A stretch of DNA of 64,000 nt from Planctomycetota bacterium (GTDB taxonomy: Bacteria > Planctomycetota > UBA8742 > UBA2392). Location of the stretch: NCBI GenBank assembly GCA_020849795.1, contig JADZFR010000051.1, positions 83,821 through 147,820 on the forward strand, written 5' to 3'. The notes under the pieces are model-generated. The model searched no databases. It saw nothing but the letters and a program-made list of their open reading frames with translations, and was not told the origin of the DNA. Below are positions 29,392 to 39,275 of the stretch, piece after piece. Position numbers and translations under genes: made by a program. Every line of letters begins with the position of its first letter. The first letter of the stretch is position 1.

Positions 29392-29997
29392 ATGCCCACC
29401 CAAACTGTCACGATCAACCTGGACCGCCTGGTAGATGCGATGCTGGACACGCGCATGCCCCACTATTGGGACCCCAAACGCAGCAAGCTGATGCGCGGCG
29501 CCAGCGAACTGGACGACGACAAGGGCCGTCGCGTGCTGGTTGATACCATCGGCAACCGCAAGTATCGCAAGCTGACGGACGGGTTTGCCAAAACCCTCGA
29601 CCCCAAAGACGGCAAGCTGGTCATGGAAGCTGTGAAGGGCAGCTTCGACAAGTTCAACCGCCTGCTGCAGAAGCGCACCGACCTGAAGAAAGAATGGATC
29701 GCCTATGCCGGCAGCGAGCTGATGGAAGCCGCAATCGACTGGCTGGCCATGCAGGGCGTGGACGAGTTCATCGCAACCGGCGAGATTTCGAAGTTTGCCG
29801 TCGAAGGCGAAGAGGAAGAGCTTGAAGAAGAGGTGTCGGACGACGACGACGAGGACGAGGACGAAGAAGACGGCGAAGGCGAAGACGGCGATGAAGATGC
29901 CGTGGCCGAAGGCGAGGAAGCCGAAGAAGAAGAAGAGGAAGAGGAAGAAGAAAGCGCCGACACCGGCAGTGAATCCGCTGACGCCGACGACGAGTAA
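29392..29997 (+). CDS. hypothetical protein with an extreme poly-acidic C-terminal tail
   Basis: ATG at 29392 with a GGAGGA Shine-Dalgarno sequence. The N-terminal 130 aa are globular ('MPTQTVTINLDRLVDAML...'). The last roughly 70 aa are more than 70% Glu/Asp ('EEEELEEEVSDDDDEDEDEEDGEGEDGDED...EEEEEEEEEE'). Confidence 0.55.
   Translation: MPTQTVTINLDRLVDAMLDTRMPHYWDPKRSKLMRGASELDDDKGRRVLVDTIGNRKYRKLTDGFAKTLDPKDGKLVMEAVKGSFDKFNRLLQKRTDLKKEWIAYAGSELMEAAIDWLAMQGVDEFIATGEISKFAVEGEEEELEEEVSDDDDEDEDEEDGEGEDGDEDAVAEGEEAEEEEEEEEEESADTGSESADADDE
29922..29952 (+). repeat. GAA/GAG trinucleotide microsatellite inside the acidic-tail coding sequence
   Basis: 'gaagaagaagaagaggaagaggaagaagaaag' encodes poly-Glu and could undergo slipped-strand length variation. 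Confidence 0.5.
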
Positions 29998-30017
29998 CCC
30001 CAACCTGGATGCATCCC

Positions 30018-30050
30018 AAGCCCAGGCCTCGCGCCTGGGCTTTCTTTTCG
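30018..30050 (+). terminator. intrinsic terminator
   Basis: Stem AAGCCCAGGC/GCCTGGGCTT with loop CTCGC, followed by TCTTTTCG. Confidence 0.65.
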
Positions 30051-30153
30051 GCAGATTCACGTTGTACTGCCATTTGAGGCTGCACTGACTGAGCCGCTTG
30101 ACCAACTTTACACGGCACTGAGAAGCCGGCTGGACAACGCCGAAACCGGCGGA

Positions 30154-33100
30154 TTGTCCGGGGTGGCGTTCAGCCTGTGCGTCGCGGCAGCCGCGCAGGC
30201 CACTTCGCGCCTTTTGGTCGTCACACCCGGGCCGGAGACCGCCGAGCTGATCCAGCTTGATTTGGAGGCACTGGCGCCCGCGCAGACGGCCCTGGTCGCG
30301 CCGCTGATTGATGACAACAGCCCTGACAAGCCTGCGGCATGGGTCACGCTTCTGGCGCGGCTGCATGGCGGCGCCCGTGTCCTGCTGGCGCCCTCCGCAA
30401 GCCTGCTGGATGCGCTTCCGGCCCCCGACGAAATTCGCGAGAGCAACCTTGTGCTGGCGCCGGGCACGAAGCTGAAGCCCGAAAGTCTGTTCAACCGCCT
30501 CGTCGAATCGGGCATGCAACGGGAGGAGCAGATCGACGGGCCCGGGCAGTTCGCCCGGCGCGGCGGCATCGTCGATATCTACCCGGCGACCCGCAGCAAC
30601 CCGGTGCGGCTGGAGCTGTTGGGGCCTGAGATCGAAAGTGTGCGCGCCTTTGACGTCGAAACGCAACGCAGCTTCGAGAGCCTGCCCGATGGTGTGGCGT
30701 TCCCGCTGGTTGCCCTAAGCGGCGAGAAGACCACCGGCCTGCTGGACCACATGGGCGTGCACGCAACGCTGGTCATTGAGCCTGACCAGGTGCACGAGCG
30801 GATTGCCACGCTGCTCAGCTTCAGCGAAGACAAGGCCCGGCATGAACGCGCCCGCCGCGTTGAATCGCTGCTGGCAACTCGCGACGTAAGGCGGCTTCGC
30901 TCAGCGACCACAGTCAACTCGATCAAGTGCGTCAACCCGATCAACCTGGGCGAGGGCTACGCCGGGGTTGCCCAGTTGATCGGCGCACTCAGGCAGGGCG
31001 GCAACCGCACACTGCTGTTCTGCGGCGCAGAATCAGAGTTGCGCCCCGCCCGCGAGGGTCTTGCCGGCCAGGGAGTTACCGAGGACGACTCGCTGGTGCT
31101 GCTGCGCGGCGACGTCGGCGCCGGGCGCGTACTGCCGGAGCAGCATACGGCGGTCATGAGCATCCATGAGCTGCTGGGCCGCGGCCTGCGGCGCATGCAC
31201 GTCGAGACTCCCGCGCGCCATATAGGCGACGTGTTCGATGACTTTGTCGATCTTGAGCCCGGCGACTATGTTGTCCACCTGCAGCACGGGATTGCGCGTT
31301 TCAAGGCCATCGAAACGCTCAAGCGCGAAGGCAAACCCGGCGAGTTCCTGGCGCTGGAGTTTGCCGAAGGCACCACGCTGCATGTGCCGGCCACCAATGC
31401 CGACGTCGTCCAGAAATACATCGGCATGCGCGGCGAAGTTCCGCCCCTCAGCAAGCTCAACACCGCGGCGTGGTCGGAGCGCAAGCTCAAGGCCTCTCAA
31501 AGCGTGCTCAAGCTGGCGGCCGAGATGCTTGAGCTCAATGCCTTGCGCGCCCACGAAGCCGGCTATGCCTGCCGTCCGGACGGGCCCGACATGGCCGAGT
31601 ACGAAGCCGCCTGCCCGTTTCGCGACACACCGGACCAGGCAACTTCAAGTATCGCCATCAAGCGCGACATGGAGAGCCTGAAGCCCATGGATCGGCTGTT
31701 ATGCGGCGACGTGGGCTACGGCAAGACAGAACTGGCCATGCGCGCGGCATTCAAGATGGTGCTTGAGGGCAAGCAGGTTGCCATGCTGGTGCCGACGACG
31801 GTGCTGGCGCAGCAGCACTGGCTGAGCTTTCGTGAGAGACTGCGCAGCTTTCCGGTCAGTGTCGATCTGTTGTCGCGCTTCCGCACACCGCTGGAGGCCC
31901 GCGAAGTCATCGAAAAGCTGGCTGAAGGAAAGGTCGACATCGTCATCGGCACGCACCGCCTGCTCAGCAACGACGTGCAGTTCAAGAACCTCGGCCTCGT
32001 GATCATCGACGAAGAGCAGCGCTTCGGCGTCGAGCACAAGGAAAAGCTCAAGCAGATGCGGCGCACGGTGGACCTGCTGACTCTTTCCGCCACCCCGATC
32101 CCGCGCACGCTGCACCAGGCGCTGCTGGGCCTGCGCGACATCAGCAACCTCACCACGCCGCCCCAGAACCGCATGCCGATCCTGACCCGCCTGTGTCACT
32201 GGAGCGACCGGGAGCTGCAGGACGCCATGCGCTCGGAGCTTGCGCGCGACGGTCAAGTCTTCTTCGTGCACAACCGCGTGTTCGACATTGACGTGATTGC
32301 CGAGCGCGTGAGGCGCCTGGTGCCCGAAGCACGCATCGAAATCGGTCACGGCCAGATGCCGGAGCGTCAGCTGGAAGAAGTGATGGTCCGGTTCATGGCC
32401 CGTGAAATTGACGTGCTGGTCTGCACCACGATCATCGAGAGCGGCATCGATGTTCGCAACGCCAACACGATGATCATCAACAACGCCCAGAATTTCGGGC
32501 TGTCCGAACTGCACCAGCTTCGCGGCCGCGTCGGGCGCTACCATCACCAGGCGCACTGCTACTTGATGGTGCCCGACGACATCAGCCTCTCGGAGATTGC
32601 GACCAAACGCCTCAAAGCCATTCTTCAATACCAAGCATTGGGCAGCGGCTTCAAGATTGCCATGCGCGACCTTGAGTTGCGCGGCGCGGGCAGCCTGCTG
32701 GGCGCCGAACAAAGCGGCCACATCGCCACGATCGGCTATGACCTCTACTGTCGCCTGCTGGACCGCGCCGTGAAAAAACTGCGCAATCAGCCGGTACCGC
32801 CGGAAGTGGATACCCAGCTGGATTTCGGCCTGTCGCTGGAGCTGCCGCGCGAATACATACCGGGCCAGAAGCAGCGCCTCGAGATCTACCGCAGGCTTGC
32901 GCGCATCCAGGAGGCCGACGGCGCCGAGGCCCTGCTGCGCGAGATTGCCGACCGCTTCGGCAAGCCGCCGCGCGAAATCGAGCGCATGGTGACCGCGGCG
33001 CTGGTGCGTTCACGACTGGCACGCCTGGGCGTCATCAGCATCAGCCGCGGTGAAGGCCACCTGAAACTGCGCGCGCTAAGCGCAACCCAGACCCACAAGA

Positions 33101-33246
33101 AACTGAAAGAAGCGACCGCTTCATTTCGGGTGCTTGACGAAACCTGGCTGGCGCTGCCGTTGCGCAAGGGCCTTGAGGCGCCGGAAGACCAGTTGCGCTA
33201 CCTGCATAACCTGTTGCAGACCATGGCGACCCGTAAGCTGCTCTAG
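30154..33246 (+). CDS. mfd: transcription-repair coupling factor Mfd
   Basis: UvrB-homology N-terminus. RecG-like helicase motifs 'DVGYGKTELAMRAAF', 'DEEQRFGV', 'LSATPIPRTL', 'QLRGRVGR'. C-terminal TRCF domain. Confidence 0.9.
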   Translation: MSGVAFSLCVAAAAQATSRLLVVTPGPETAELIQLDLEALAPAQTALVAPLIDDNSPDKPAAWVTLLARLHGGARVLLAPSASLLDALPAPDEIRESNLVLAPGTKLKPESLFNRLVESGMQREEQIDGPGQFARRGGIVDIYPATRSNPVRLELLGPEIESVRAFDVETQRSFESLPDGVAFPLVALSGEKTTGLLDHMGVHATLVIEPDQVHERIATLLSFSEDKARHERARRVESLLATRDVRRLRSATTVNSIKCVNPINLGEGYAGVAQLIGALRQGGNRTLLFCGAESELRPAREGLAGQGVTEDDSLVLLRGDVGAGRVLPEQHTAVMSIHELLGRGLRRMHVETPARHIGDVFDDFVDLEPGDYVVHLQHGIARFKAIETLKREGKPGEFLALEFAEGTTLHVPATNADVVQKYIGMRGEVPPLSKLNTAAWSERKLKASQSVLKLAAEMLELNALRAHEAGYACRPDGPDMAEYEAACPFRDTPDQATSSIAIKRDMESLKPMDRLLCGDVGYGKTELAMRAAFKMVLEGKQVAMLVPTTVLAQQHWLSFRERLRSFPVSVDLLSRFRTPLEAREVIEKLAEGKVDIVIGTHRLLSNDVQFKNLGLVIIDEEQRFGVEHKEKLKQMRRTVDLLTLSATPIPRTLHQALLGLRDISNLTTPPQNRMPILTRLCHWSDRELQDAMRSELARDGQVFFVHNRVFDIDVIAERVRRLVPEARIEIGHGQMPERQLEEVMVRFMAREIDVLVCTTIIESGIDVRNANTMIINNAQNFGLSELHQLRGRVGRYHHQAHCYLMVPDDISLSEIATKRLKAILQYQALGSGFKIAMRDLELRGAGSLLGAEQSGHIATIGYDLYCRLLDRAVKKLRNQPVPPEVDTQLDFGLSLELPREYIPGQKQRLEIYRRLARIQEADGAEALLREIADRFGKPPREIERMVTAALVRSRLARLGVISISRGEGHLKLRALSATQTHKKLKEATASFRVLDETWLALPLRKGLEAPEDQLRYLHNLLQTMATRKLL

Positions 33247-33299
33247 ACGCAGCTATCCACGCCCTTGCCCAAGTTGCCGGGGCAATTCATCCTGCACGC

Positions 33300-34430
33300 A
33301 TGAGACGAATCCTGTTCGCGATCTGCGCGCTGCTTGCTTGCGCGGGCTCACACTCTGCCGAAGACCCGGTACTTCCTGACGGCACCAACGAGGTGCTGGC
33401 GGTCGTGAACGGGGCGGCGATTACATACCAGGAAATCGTCGGCGACACCGACATGCAGGCCGAGATCAATGCATGGCGCGCCATGCGCCAGATCGAAGCA
33501 TCGATCACCGATGGCCAAATCGAGAAGGCATTGGTCTACCAGCGCCTGCAGACGTTTGTCCTGCAGAAGCTGCTGGATGCCGAAGCCAAGAAGATTCAAC
33601 TGAGTGTCAGCGACACCCAGATGCGCATGATTCTGTCCCGCGAGCGCAAAGGCCTGAACATCGCGGACGAGGACACGCGCGGCTGGGCCCGCTACCTCAA
33701 AGAGCGCTACAACCTGTCGCCCGGCGAGTATCGCGAGCGCCGACGCCAGGAGATCATGCGCAATGAGGTGCTGCGCTGGATGTGCGGCGTGTACGGCCCG
33801 CTGCCACCGCAGTACCCGATCGAGATCTATTTCTCGCTGGCCGTGACGCCGCGCGAAGTACGCAAAGAGTTCGACAAGGAACGCGACCAGTACCGCATTG
33901 CGCTGGAGATTGATTTCCGCGAGTTCCGTCTTCTCTACCCGCAGGACGCTGCCTTTGAAGTGCGCCGCAAACTGTATGAAGCCGTCGCAGACGGCGAAAC
34001 CAGCGTGCACGCCCGTGTCACCCGCGGCGAATCGATGGAAGCCGCCAGCGAGGGTCTTCGCAAGCTGATCGAAGACCTGGGTGTGCCCGGCGTCAAGCTG
34101 CAACTGCCGGCACGCCGTGTTGCCAAGGATGACAGCGAACTTGACCCCACCGCCTACGCCATGGTGATCAGCCTGCCGGCCAGCGGCGGCGTCAGCGAGA
34201 TCGGCTCGATTCGCGAAACCGGTGACGACGGCACCGAGTATGACGGCTTCATGTTTGTCGAGTTGTTCCGGCGGCGCGATGGAACACTCAAGGCCTTCGA
34301 AGACCCGAAAGTGCAAGCCGGCATCCGCGACCGCCTGTTCGGCGCGCGATTTCAGCAAAACCAGCAGAAAGTCGAGCAGGAACTCATGCGCCGCGCGGCC
34401 ATCGTTCCTGAGCGGCTGTTCAAGCGGTGA
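33300..34430 (+). CDS. periplasmic SurA-N-like chaperone domain protein
   Basis: Signal peptide 'MRRILFAICALLACAGSHSA'. 'EVLAVVNGAAITYQEI' begins a SurA/PpiD-type N-terminal chaperone domain. I could not identify a clear parvulin motif. Its position downstream of mfd echoes the mfd-surA-like arrangement seen in other bacteria. Confidence 0.5.
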   Translation: MRRILFAICALLACAGSHSAEDPVLPDGTNEVLAVVNGAAITYQEIVGDTDMQAEINAWRAMRQIEASITDGQIEKALVYQRLQTFVLQKLLDAEAKKIQLSVSDTQMRMILSRERKGLNIADEDTRGWARYLKERYNLSPGEYRERRRQEIMRNEVLRWMCGVYGPLPPQYPIEIYFSLAVTPREVRKEFDKERDQYRIALEIDFREFRLLYPQDAAFEVRRKLYEAVADGETSVHARVTRGESMEAASEGLRKLIEDLGVPGVKLQLPARRVAKDDSELDPTAYAMVISLPASGGVSEIGSIRETGDDGTEYDGFMFVELFRRRDGTLKAFEDPKVQAGIRDRLFGARFQQNQQKVEQELMRRAAIVPERLFKR

Positions 34431-34482
34431 TTGCACTCACGTCTGGGAAAAGTTAAGCAGCAGAGAATCCACCGGAGCCGTC

Positions 34483-34734
34483 ATGGCCGCCCCACCGAAA
34501 CGCTACAAAGTAGGCGAGATCATGCGCCACACGCAGCTTTCGCGGCAGACCATCCACAATTACACGATGCTGGGCCTGATTACCCCCGTGGAACGAACTG
34601 AGTCGGGCCATCGCCTGTACGACGAAGCGGTTTTCGACCGCATCCGCAAGATCGAAATGATGAAGGTTCACCGCACGCTCCAGGAAATCAAGGAGTACCT
34701 GGACGCCGAAGACGCAAAGGCCCCTCACGCCTGA
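34483..34734 (+). CDS. MerR-family HTH transcriptional regulator (short, 83 aa)
   Basis: 'YKVGEIMRHTQLSRQTIHNYTMLGLITPVERTESGHRLYDEAVFDRIRKI' is the MerR winged-HTH. The track ORF start at 34222 lies in non-protein-like sequence. Confidence 0.7.
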   Translation: MAAPPKRYKVGEIMRHTQLSRQTIHNYTMLGLITPVERTESGHRLYDEAVFDRIRKIEMMKVHRTLQEIKEYLDAEDAKAPHA

Positions 34735-35789
34735 AGAATTACCCGGCAAGCCGCCGACACACGCTCGACACTGATGGACTGCATGCAGCGGTGGTCGATC
34801 GGGCACTCTTTCAACTGGCAGGGCCAGGTGTACGGCGTGCAGTCCACGGCCTCGCGAATCACTTCGCCGCGTTCCACACCCGGCAGCGCCGAATAGCGCG
34901 GGTCGTTCGGTCCCATGATGCAGACGACCGGCACACCCAGCGCCACCGCCATGTGTCGCGGGCCCGTGTCGTTGGTCAGCACCAGCGAGGCCTTTTCATA
35001 CACGGCTTTCAGCGTGCCCAGGTCCAGCCCCTGGTTGGTACCGAATGGCCTGCCAGCCGCCTGCTGCACACGATTCGCCGTCTCTTCTTCGCCGGGCCCG
35101 ACACTGAGCAGCACGCGCGTTTCGGGCAACGTCTTGATTACCTGCGCAAAGCGCTCGGCGGGCCAGAGTTTGCTGGGGCCGAATGCGGCGCCGGGCGCGA
35201 CAATCACCAGCGGCCCATCGCCCGGTACCCGTTGCGCCAGTGCGCTGGCTGCGTTGGCGCGGTCTACTTCGGTCACCGGCAATGTTGGCACTAACGGGCC
35301 TGGTGGCAAGCCGATCACATCGAGCAGATCCATGAAGTATTGACCGGTGTACTTGGGGACGAACTTGCCGGCGGCATCATGTTCGCGCTCAAGGCCGGCT
35401 TGCAGAAGAAAGCTGCGGCCCTCCTTGAAGTAGCCGACCCGGCGCTTTACTCCGCCCTGCAAGAACTGCCAGGCGCTGCCAAAGCTGTTCGGCAGCAGGA
35501 TCCCGAGGTCAAAGCGTCGCTGCTTCAGCAGGCGCGCGAACCGCATGCCACCCAGCAGCCCCCGGTGCTCGCCCTTGCGGTCGTAGGGAAGAATTTCACG
35601 GAACCACGCGTTGCCATTCAAAAGTGGCCTGCCCATGGGCAGGCAGACCAATGTCAGGCGCTCGCGCCCGTAGTGGGCAGCCAGGCGGGCAAACGCGGGC
35701 GTTGCCATCACAAGGTCGCCCAGCGCGTTCGGCGCACGAACCACCACGTTGTCAGCCTTCAACAGGTCGTCTAGCATCGCGTAGATCAT
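34725..35789 (-). CDS. ADP-heptose:LPS heptosyltransferase (GT9 family)
   Basis: 'VVRAPNALGDLVMATPAF', 'LLPNSFGSA', 'VIVAPGAAFGPSKLWPAERFAQV' and 'TNDTGPRHMAVALGVPVVCIMGP' are the WaaC/WaaF/WaaQ-type signatures. The start is chosen at 'MIYAMLDDLL'. The track ORF to 36143 has an Arg/Ala-rich N-terminus that is not protein-like. Confidence 0.8.
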   Translation of the reverse strand: MIYAMLDDLLKADNVVVRAPNALGDLVMATPAFARLAAHYGRERLTLVCLPMGRPLLNGNAWFREILPYDRKGEHRGLLGGMRFARLLKQRRFDLGILLPNSFGSAWQFLQGGVKRRVGYFKEGRSFLLQAGLEREHDAAGKFVPKYTGQYFMDLLDVIGLPPGPLVPTLPVTEVDRANAASALAQRVPGDGPLVIVAPGAAFGPSKLWPAERFAQVIKTLPETRVLLSVGPGEEETANRVQQAAGRPFGTNQGLDLGTLKAVYEKASLVLTNDTGPRHMAVALGVPVVCIMGPNDPRYSALPGVERGEVIREAVDCTPYTWPCQLKECPIDHRCMQSISVERVSAACRVILQA

Positions 35790-35804
35790 AACCACGAGGC
35801 CGCA

Positions 35805-38423
35805 GTGCGCATCATCGAGAGAGATTTCGACAGCACCGTAGAACGCTTCGGCGCATCGCGCCGTCTGGCCACGCGGCTGACGGCGCTTGCGCGCAGGGGC
35901 CTGCTGGTCAGCGAGACAGTCCTGGAGATGGCGGTCGATGATGACGGCAAGCCGCTGCGCGACCTGCTGCTGGGCAAGCCCTTGCTCGCCGCCGCCGACG
36001 CACTGGACACCAAGGCGCTGCGCAAACTGGCCAAGGGTGCCTACTTCAAAGACAACGTGCTTGTTGTAGCCAGCCCCGGCGCACAGCGCGTGCTTTGTCT
36101 CGATGAAGAAGAAGAGACTGACGACCAGCCACCGCCGGCTCAAGTCCAGGCCAGCGGGCGCGAGCTGACCGTTGGCGGCGTCGGCATGGCCCCGGTGATC
36201 GGGCGCGAGGAAGCACGCCGCATGCTCGACCCCGAAGAGGTCTCGCGCCTGAAGCTTGACCTGGTCACCAGCAGCGATGCCGGGCGGCGGCTTGAAGCCG
36301 TGCGCAAACTGTACCTCAGCGAACTGCCCCCCGATGAGAAGCTACGCCTGTACCTGACAGCGCTGCGCGACCGCGACGCCGAGGTGCGGGCCGAGACAGC
36401 CCGCGCCTTGGGCGGCTTGGGCATGGACGGGGCGCTGACCGAAAACCTGGCCAAGGCGGCGCGCGGCGCGACCGCCGAGCGTGTTGTCTCGATCACCAAC
36501 CTGACACGCGTGCTGCCGCGGCTGGATGCCCAACAGCAGCGCCTTGGGCTCGCGCTGCTGGTTGAGTTCATCGCCACAGACGAAGAGACCGAGGTTGTAC
36601 ATGCCGCCATGGGCGTGCTGGCGGTGCGTATCCCCGACCTGCCGAACGCCCAGGGCATGGGTGCGGGTCTGCACAAGAAACTGGTTGAGCTGCTGCAGGT
36701 GAAGCTGGCGCATCATGAAGACGCGGCACGCAAACTCTATGGCACGCTGTTCCAGCACGAGCGCGAGCACATCTCCAGCCTGCTGGCCCTGAGCATTGAA
36801 GAGGCCAGCCAGCCGGCGCTGCGTTACTTCTTGCTGTCGCTGATCACCGAACACAACCTGAGTGCCGCCGCGGCACCCGCGGTTGTGGGGCAGCTGATCG
36901 CCGGCCTGGCCGGCGGGTCAGAGCTCGACCGCAATTACCAGGCCTGCACAGCCGCATTGTCCAGGCTTGGCGAAAAGGCGGTGGATGGCTTGATCGCGGC
37001 ACTTCGCGACACTCCCGACGCCGGCAAAGGCCGCATCATCGACCTGCTGGGTCACCTGCTGCGCGCCGGCGACCAGTCGGATTACCCGGTGAGCGCGGAC
37101 TCGGCCGCACGCATTTCGCGTGCGTGCCTTGACCTGTACGTCGAGTCAGGCCCGGAGGTCTGCACGGCGCTTCTCGAAAGCCGCTTCTTTGAACATCCGT
37201 CGCTGGATGACACCGCCCGCCAAGAGGCGGTTCACGCGTTCATTGACAGCCTTCACGAGTTCCGGTTCGAGCGCCAGCTTGAGCTGGTGCAGGCTGCGCT
37301 GGTGCGCTGCGGCCACGTGGCGGTTGCTCCGCTGGCCAAGGCCATGACCGACTCGGCCCACGACGTGACCCGGCTGAGCGCGGCAAAGCTGCTGCCGGAG
37401 ATTGTTGCCCACGACCAACAGATCGCCCCGGTTGAGCTGCCGGCGCTGATGCAAGGTATTCGCGCGCTGGTCGATGCCGAAGAAAGCGATTTTCCGGATC
37501 GCGGCGCACTCTACGTCGCGCTGGCCCGCATTGGCGCGCATCCGCTGACAGCGCCCGAGGCAGCAGACGAACTTGCCGCAACGCTGCGCGAGCGCGTCGG
37601 CTTGAGCAGCAACGTGTACGACATTCTGGAGGCCATGGGGTGGCTTGCCGCAGGCGACAACCTGGACCGCAATGAGCGCCTGGAAATCGGCTACCTGCTG
37701 CTGACCGTATTGAAAAAAGGCCTGCCCGGCATGTCCGGCAAGATGCGTCGCAACGCTGAAGGCGAGCAGGTACTGCACTTCGGGCGCGAGACTACGGCCT
37801 ACACCGACATGATCCCGCGGATTCTGGAAGGCCTGGGCCGCATGATCGCGGCCCCGAAGACGCCGGACATCCTGTTCGAGGCGATCGTCGGCGACCTGAC
37901 GCGGCTGTGGGCCGAGATTGTGGATTACAAGCGAATCTGGGCCCCGGCGGCGACGATCACGCTTGCGCGTCTGCTGGGCGACATTGCGTTGGGCCCGCGC
38001 CGCAGCGACGGTGTTGCCGACGAGATCGCCGAGCTGTTGTCGCGCAAGCTGATTCTTCTGCCGGTGATGCAGGTTCTCAGCCGCTTGGCCATGGTTCAGC
38101 GCGCCAGCGAGCGCATGGACATCATTGCGCAGCGCGCGTTCAACGAGCTGGCAAACCGGCTGAACCAGGAGCCTCAGCCCGAAGTTACCGAGCGGCGGCA
38201 GATTCTGGAGACGATGGCCGCGATTTCCAAGCGTGCCCGAATCGGCGAACGCGACAAAGACATTGAGCACGCCCGCAACGTCGTGATTGAAGCGGCCTTT
38301 GACGCGTTGCGCGAGAAGATGTTCCACGCGCGGCTGATACTGGAAGACCTGTCCCGTGCCGAGGCCTTCTCGGCGCAGATGCGCGGCGAGATCTCGCGGC
38401 GCCTGAAGCCGGCGCAGCGCTGA
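35805..38423 (+). CDS. large HEAT/PBS-lyase-like repeat protein (872 aa)
   Basis: Repeated 'A(E)VRAETARALGGLG'-type HEAT units. Entirely alpha-helical composition, with no signal peptide. The start is only 15 bp from the divergent heptosyltransferase start, so either start may be wrong. Confidence 0.6.
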   Translation: MRIIERDFDSTVERFGASRRLATRLTALARRGLLVSETVLEMAVDDDGKPLRDLLLGKPLLAAADALDTKALRKLAKGAYFKDNVLVVASPGAQRVLCLDEEEETDDQPPPAQVQASGRELTVGGVGMAPVIGREEARRMLDPEEVSRLKLDLVTSSDAGRRLEAVRKLYLSELPPDEKLRLYLTALRDRDAEVRAETARALGGLGMDGALTENLAKAARGATAERVVSITNLTRVLPRLDAQQQRLGLALLVEFIATDEETEVVHAAMGVLAVRIPDLPNAQGMGAGLHKKLVELLQVKLAHHEDAARKLYGTLFQHEREHISSLLALSIEEASQPALRYFLLSLITEHNLSAAAAPAVVGQLIAGLAGGSELDRNYQACTAALSRLGEKAVDGLIAALRDTPDAGKGRIIDLLGHLLRAGDQSDYPVSADSAARISRACLDLYVESGPEVCTALLESRFFEHPSLDDTARQEAVHAFIDSLHEFRFERQLELVQAALVRCGHVAVAPLAKAMTDSAHDVTRLSAAKLLPEIVAHDQQIAPVELPALMQGIRALVDAEESDFPDRGALYVALARIGAHPLTAPEAADELAATLRERVGLSSNVYDILEAMGWLAAGDNLDRNERLEIGYLLLTVLKKGLPGMSGKMRRNAEGEQVLHFGRETTAYTDMIPRILEGLGRMIAAPKTPDILFEAIVGDLTRLWAEIVDYKRIWAPAATITLARLLGDIALGPRRSDGVADEIAELLSRKLILLPVMQVLSRLAMVQRASERMDIIAQRAFNELANRLNQEPQPEVTERRQILETMAAISKRARIGERDKDIEHARNVVIEAAFDALREKMFHARLILEDLSRAEAFSAQMRGEISRRLKPAQR

Positions 38424-38483
38424 GGCTTTTCCACATACCAACACGCACGAATGTCAGTGAACTTTTGAGAGCTGCGCTTCGCT

Positions 38484-39269
38484 TTGTCGCGTTGGCCGCT
38501 ACCCTCTGCGCCGGAGGGATTCATGCGCGCATTTCATTACAAACTTCTTGTCAGCGGACAGCCCAGCTTCCGCACCATTCGAGACACGCTGCCCCAGATC
38601 AGCTACGAGCCGGGCAATGAGCGCGGCTTTCTGCTGGCCAAGGAGAGCAACCAGAATCGCGTGAAGGGCCGATACATCTACACGCGCGTCGGCAAGACAG
38701 TCACGATTGACCGCGAATCCCTTGAGCCCAAGGAAGAGCCCGTGGAGAGCCTGGCGGAGTGCCGCTTCGAGCTTGATCAGCAGAAGGGCTTGGCCTCAGT
38801 CGAGCAGCGGCGCGGCGAGTTGAACGCGCTGTATGAGGCACTGGATTCCATCCCTGACGTGCACGTCGCCTTCGAAGACTTGAACCTCAACCTGGCAGAA
38901 CTTCTGGCCGAGGTGCAGGGCGCATACAAGAAAAACACGATCAAGTCGTTGCGCATCAAGGACTACCTTGCCCGCGAACACATGCTGACCAGTGCGACGT
39001 TCAAGGTCATCGAGGCTGCCGACGGCGAGAAGATTGCCGAGCGCTTCAGTGACCAGTTGGACGCGTTTACGCTGACCCTGAAGCTGCCGGACGGTGCTTG
39101 CGCCCTGACCGTGACTCGCAACGGCAGCGTGCGCGCCAGCGACGACGCACCCGACGAACTGCTGCTGTTTGTGAAGGACCTGCTGCCCCGGTTTCACGAA
39201 GCCGAAGTCGAAACTGCCGAAATCGTGGACCCGGTGGCGGCCCAGCGCAAGCCGCGCCGCAAGGGCTAA
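38484..39269 (+). CDS. hypothetical protein
   Basis: The ORF has coding-like composition. The true start is possibly 'MRAFHYKLL' at 38523. I recognised no domain. Confidence 0.45.
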   Translation: MSRWPLPSAPEGFMRAFHYKLLVSGQPSFRTIRDTLPQISYEPGNERGFLLAKESNQNRVKGRYIYTRVGKTVTIDRESLEPKEEPVESLAECRFELDQQKGLASVEQRRGELNALYEALDSIPDVHVAFEDLNLNLAELLAEVQGAYKKNTIKSLRIKDYLAREHMLTSATFKVIEAADGEKIAERFSDQLDAFTLTLKLPDGACALTVTRNGSVRASDDAPDELLLFVKDLLPRFHEAEVETAEIVDPVAAQRKPRRKG

Positions 39270-39275
39270 GCGGGA

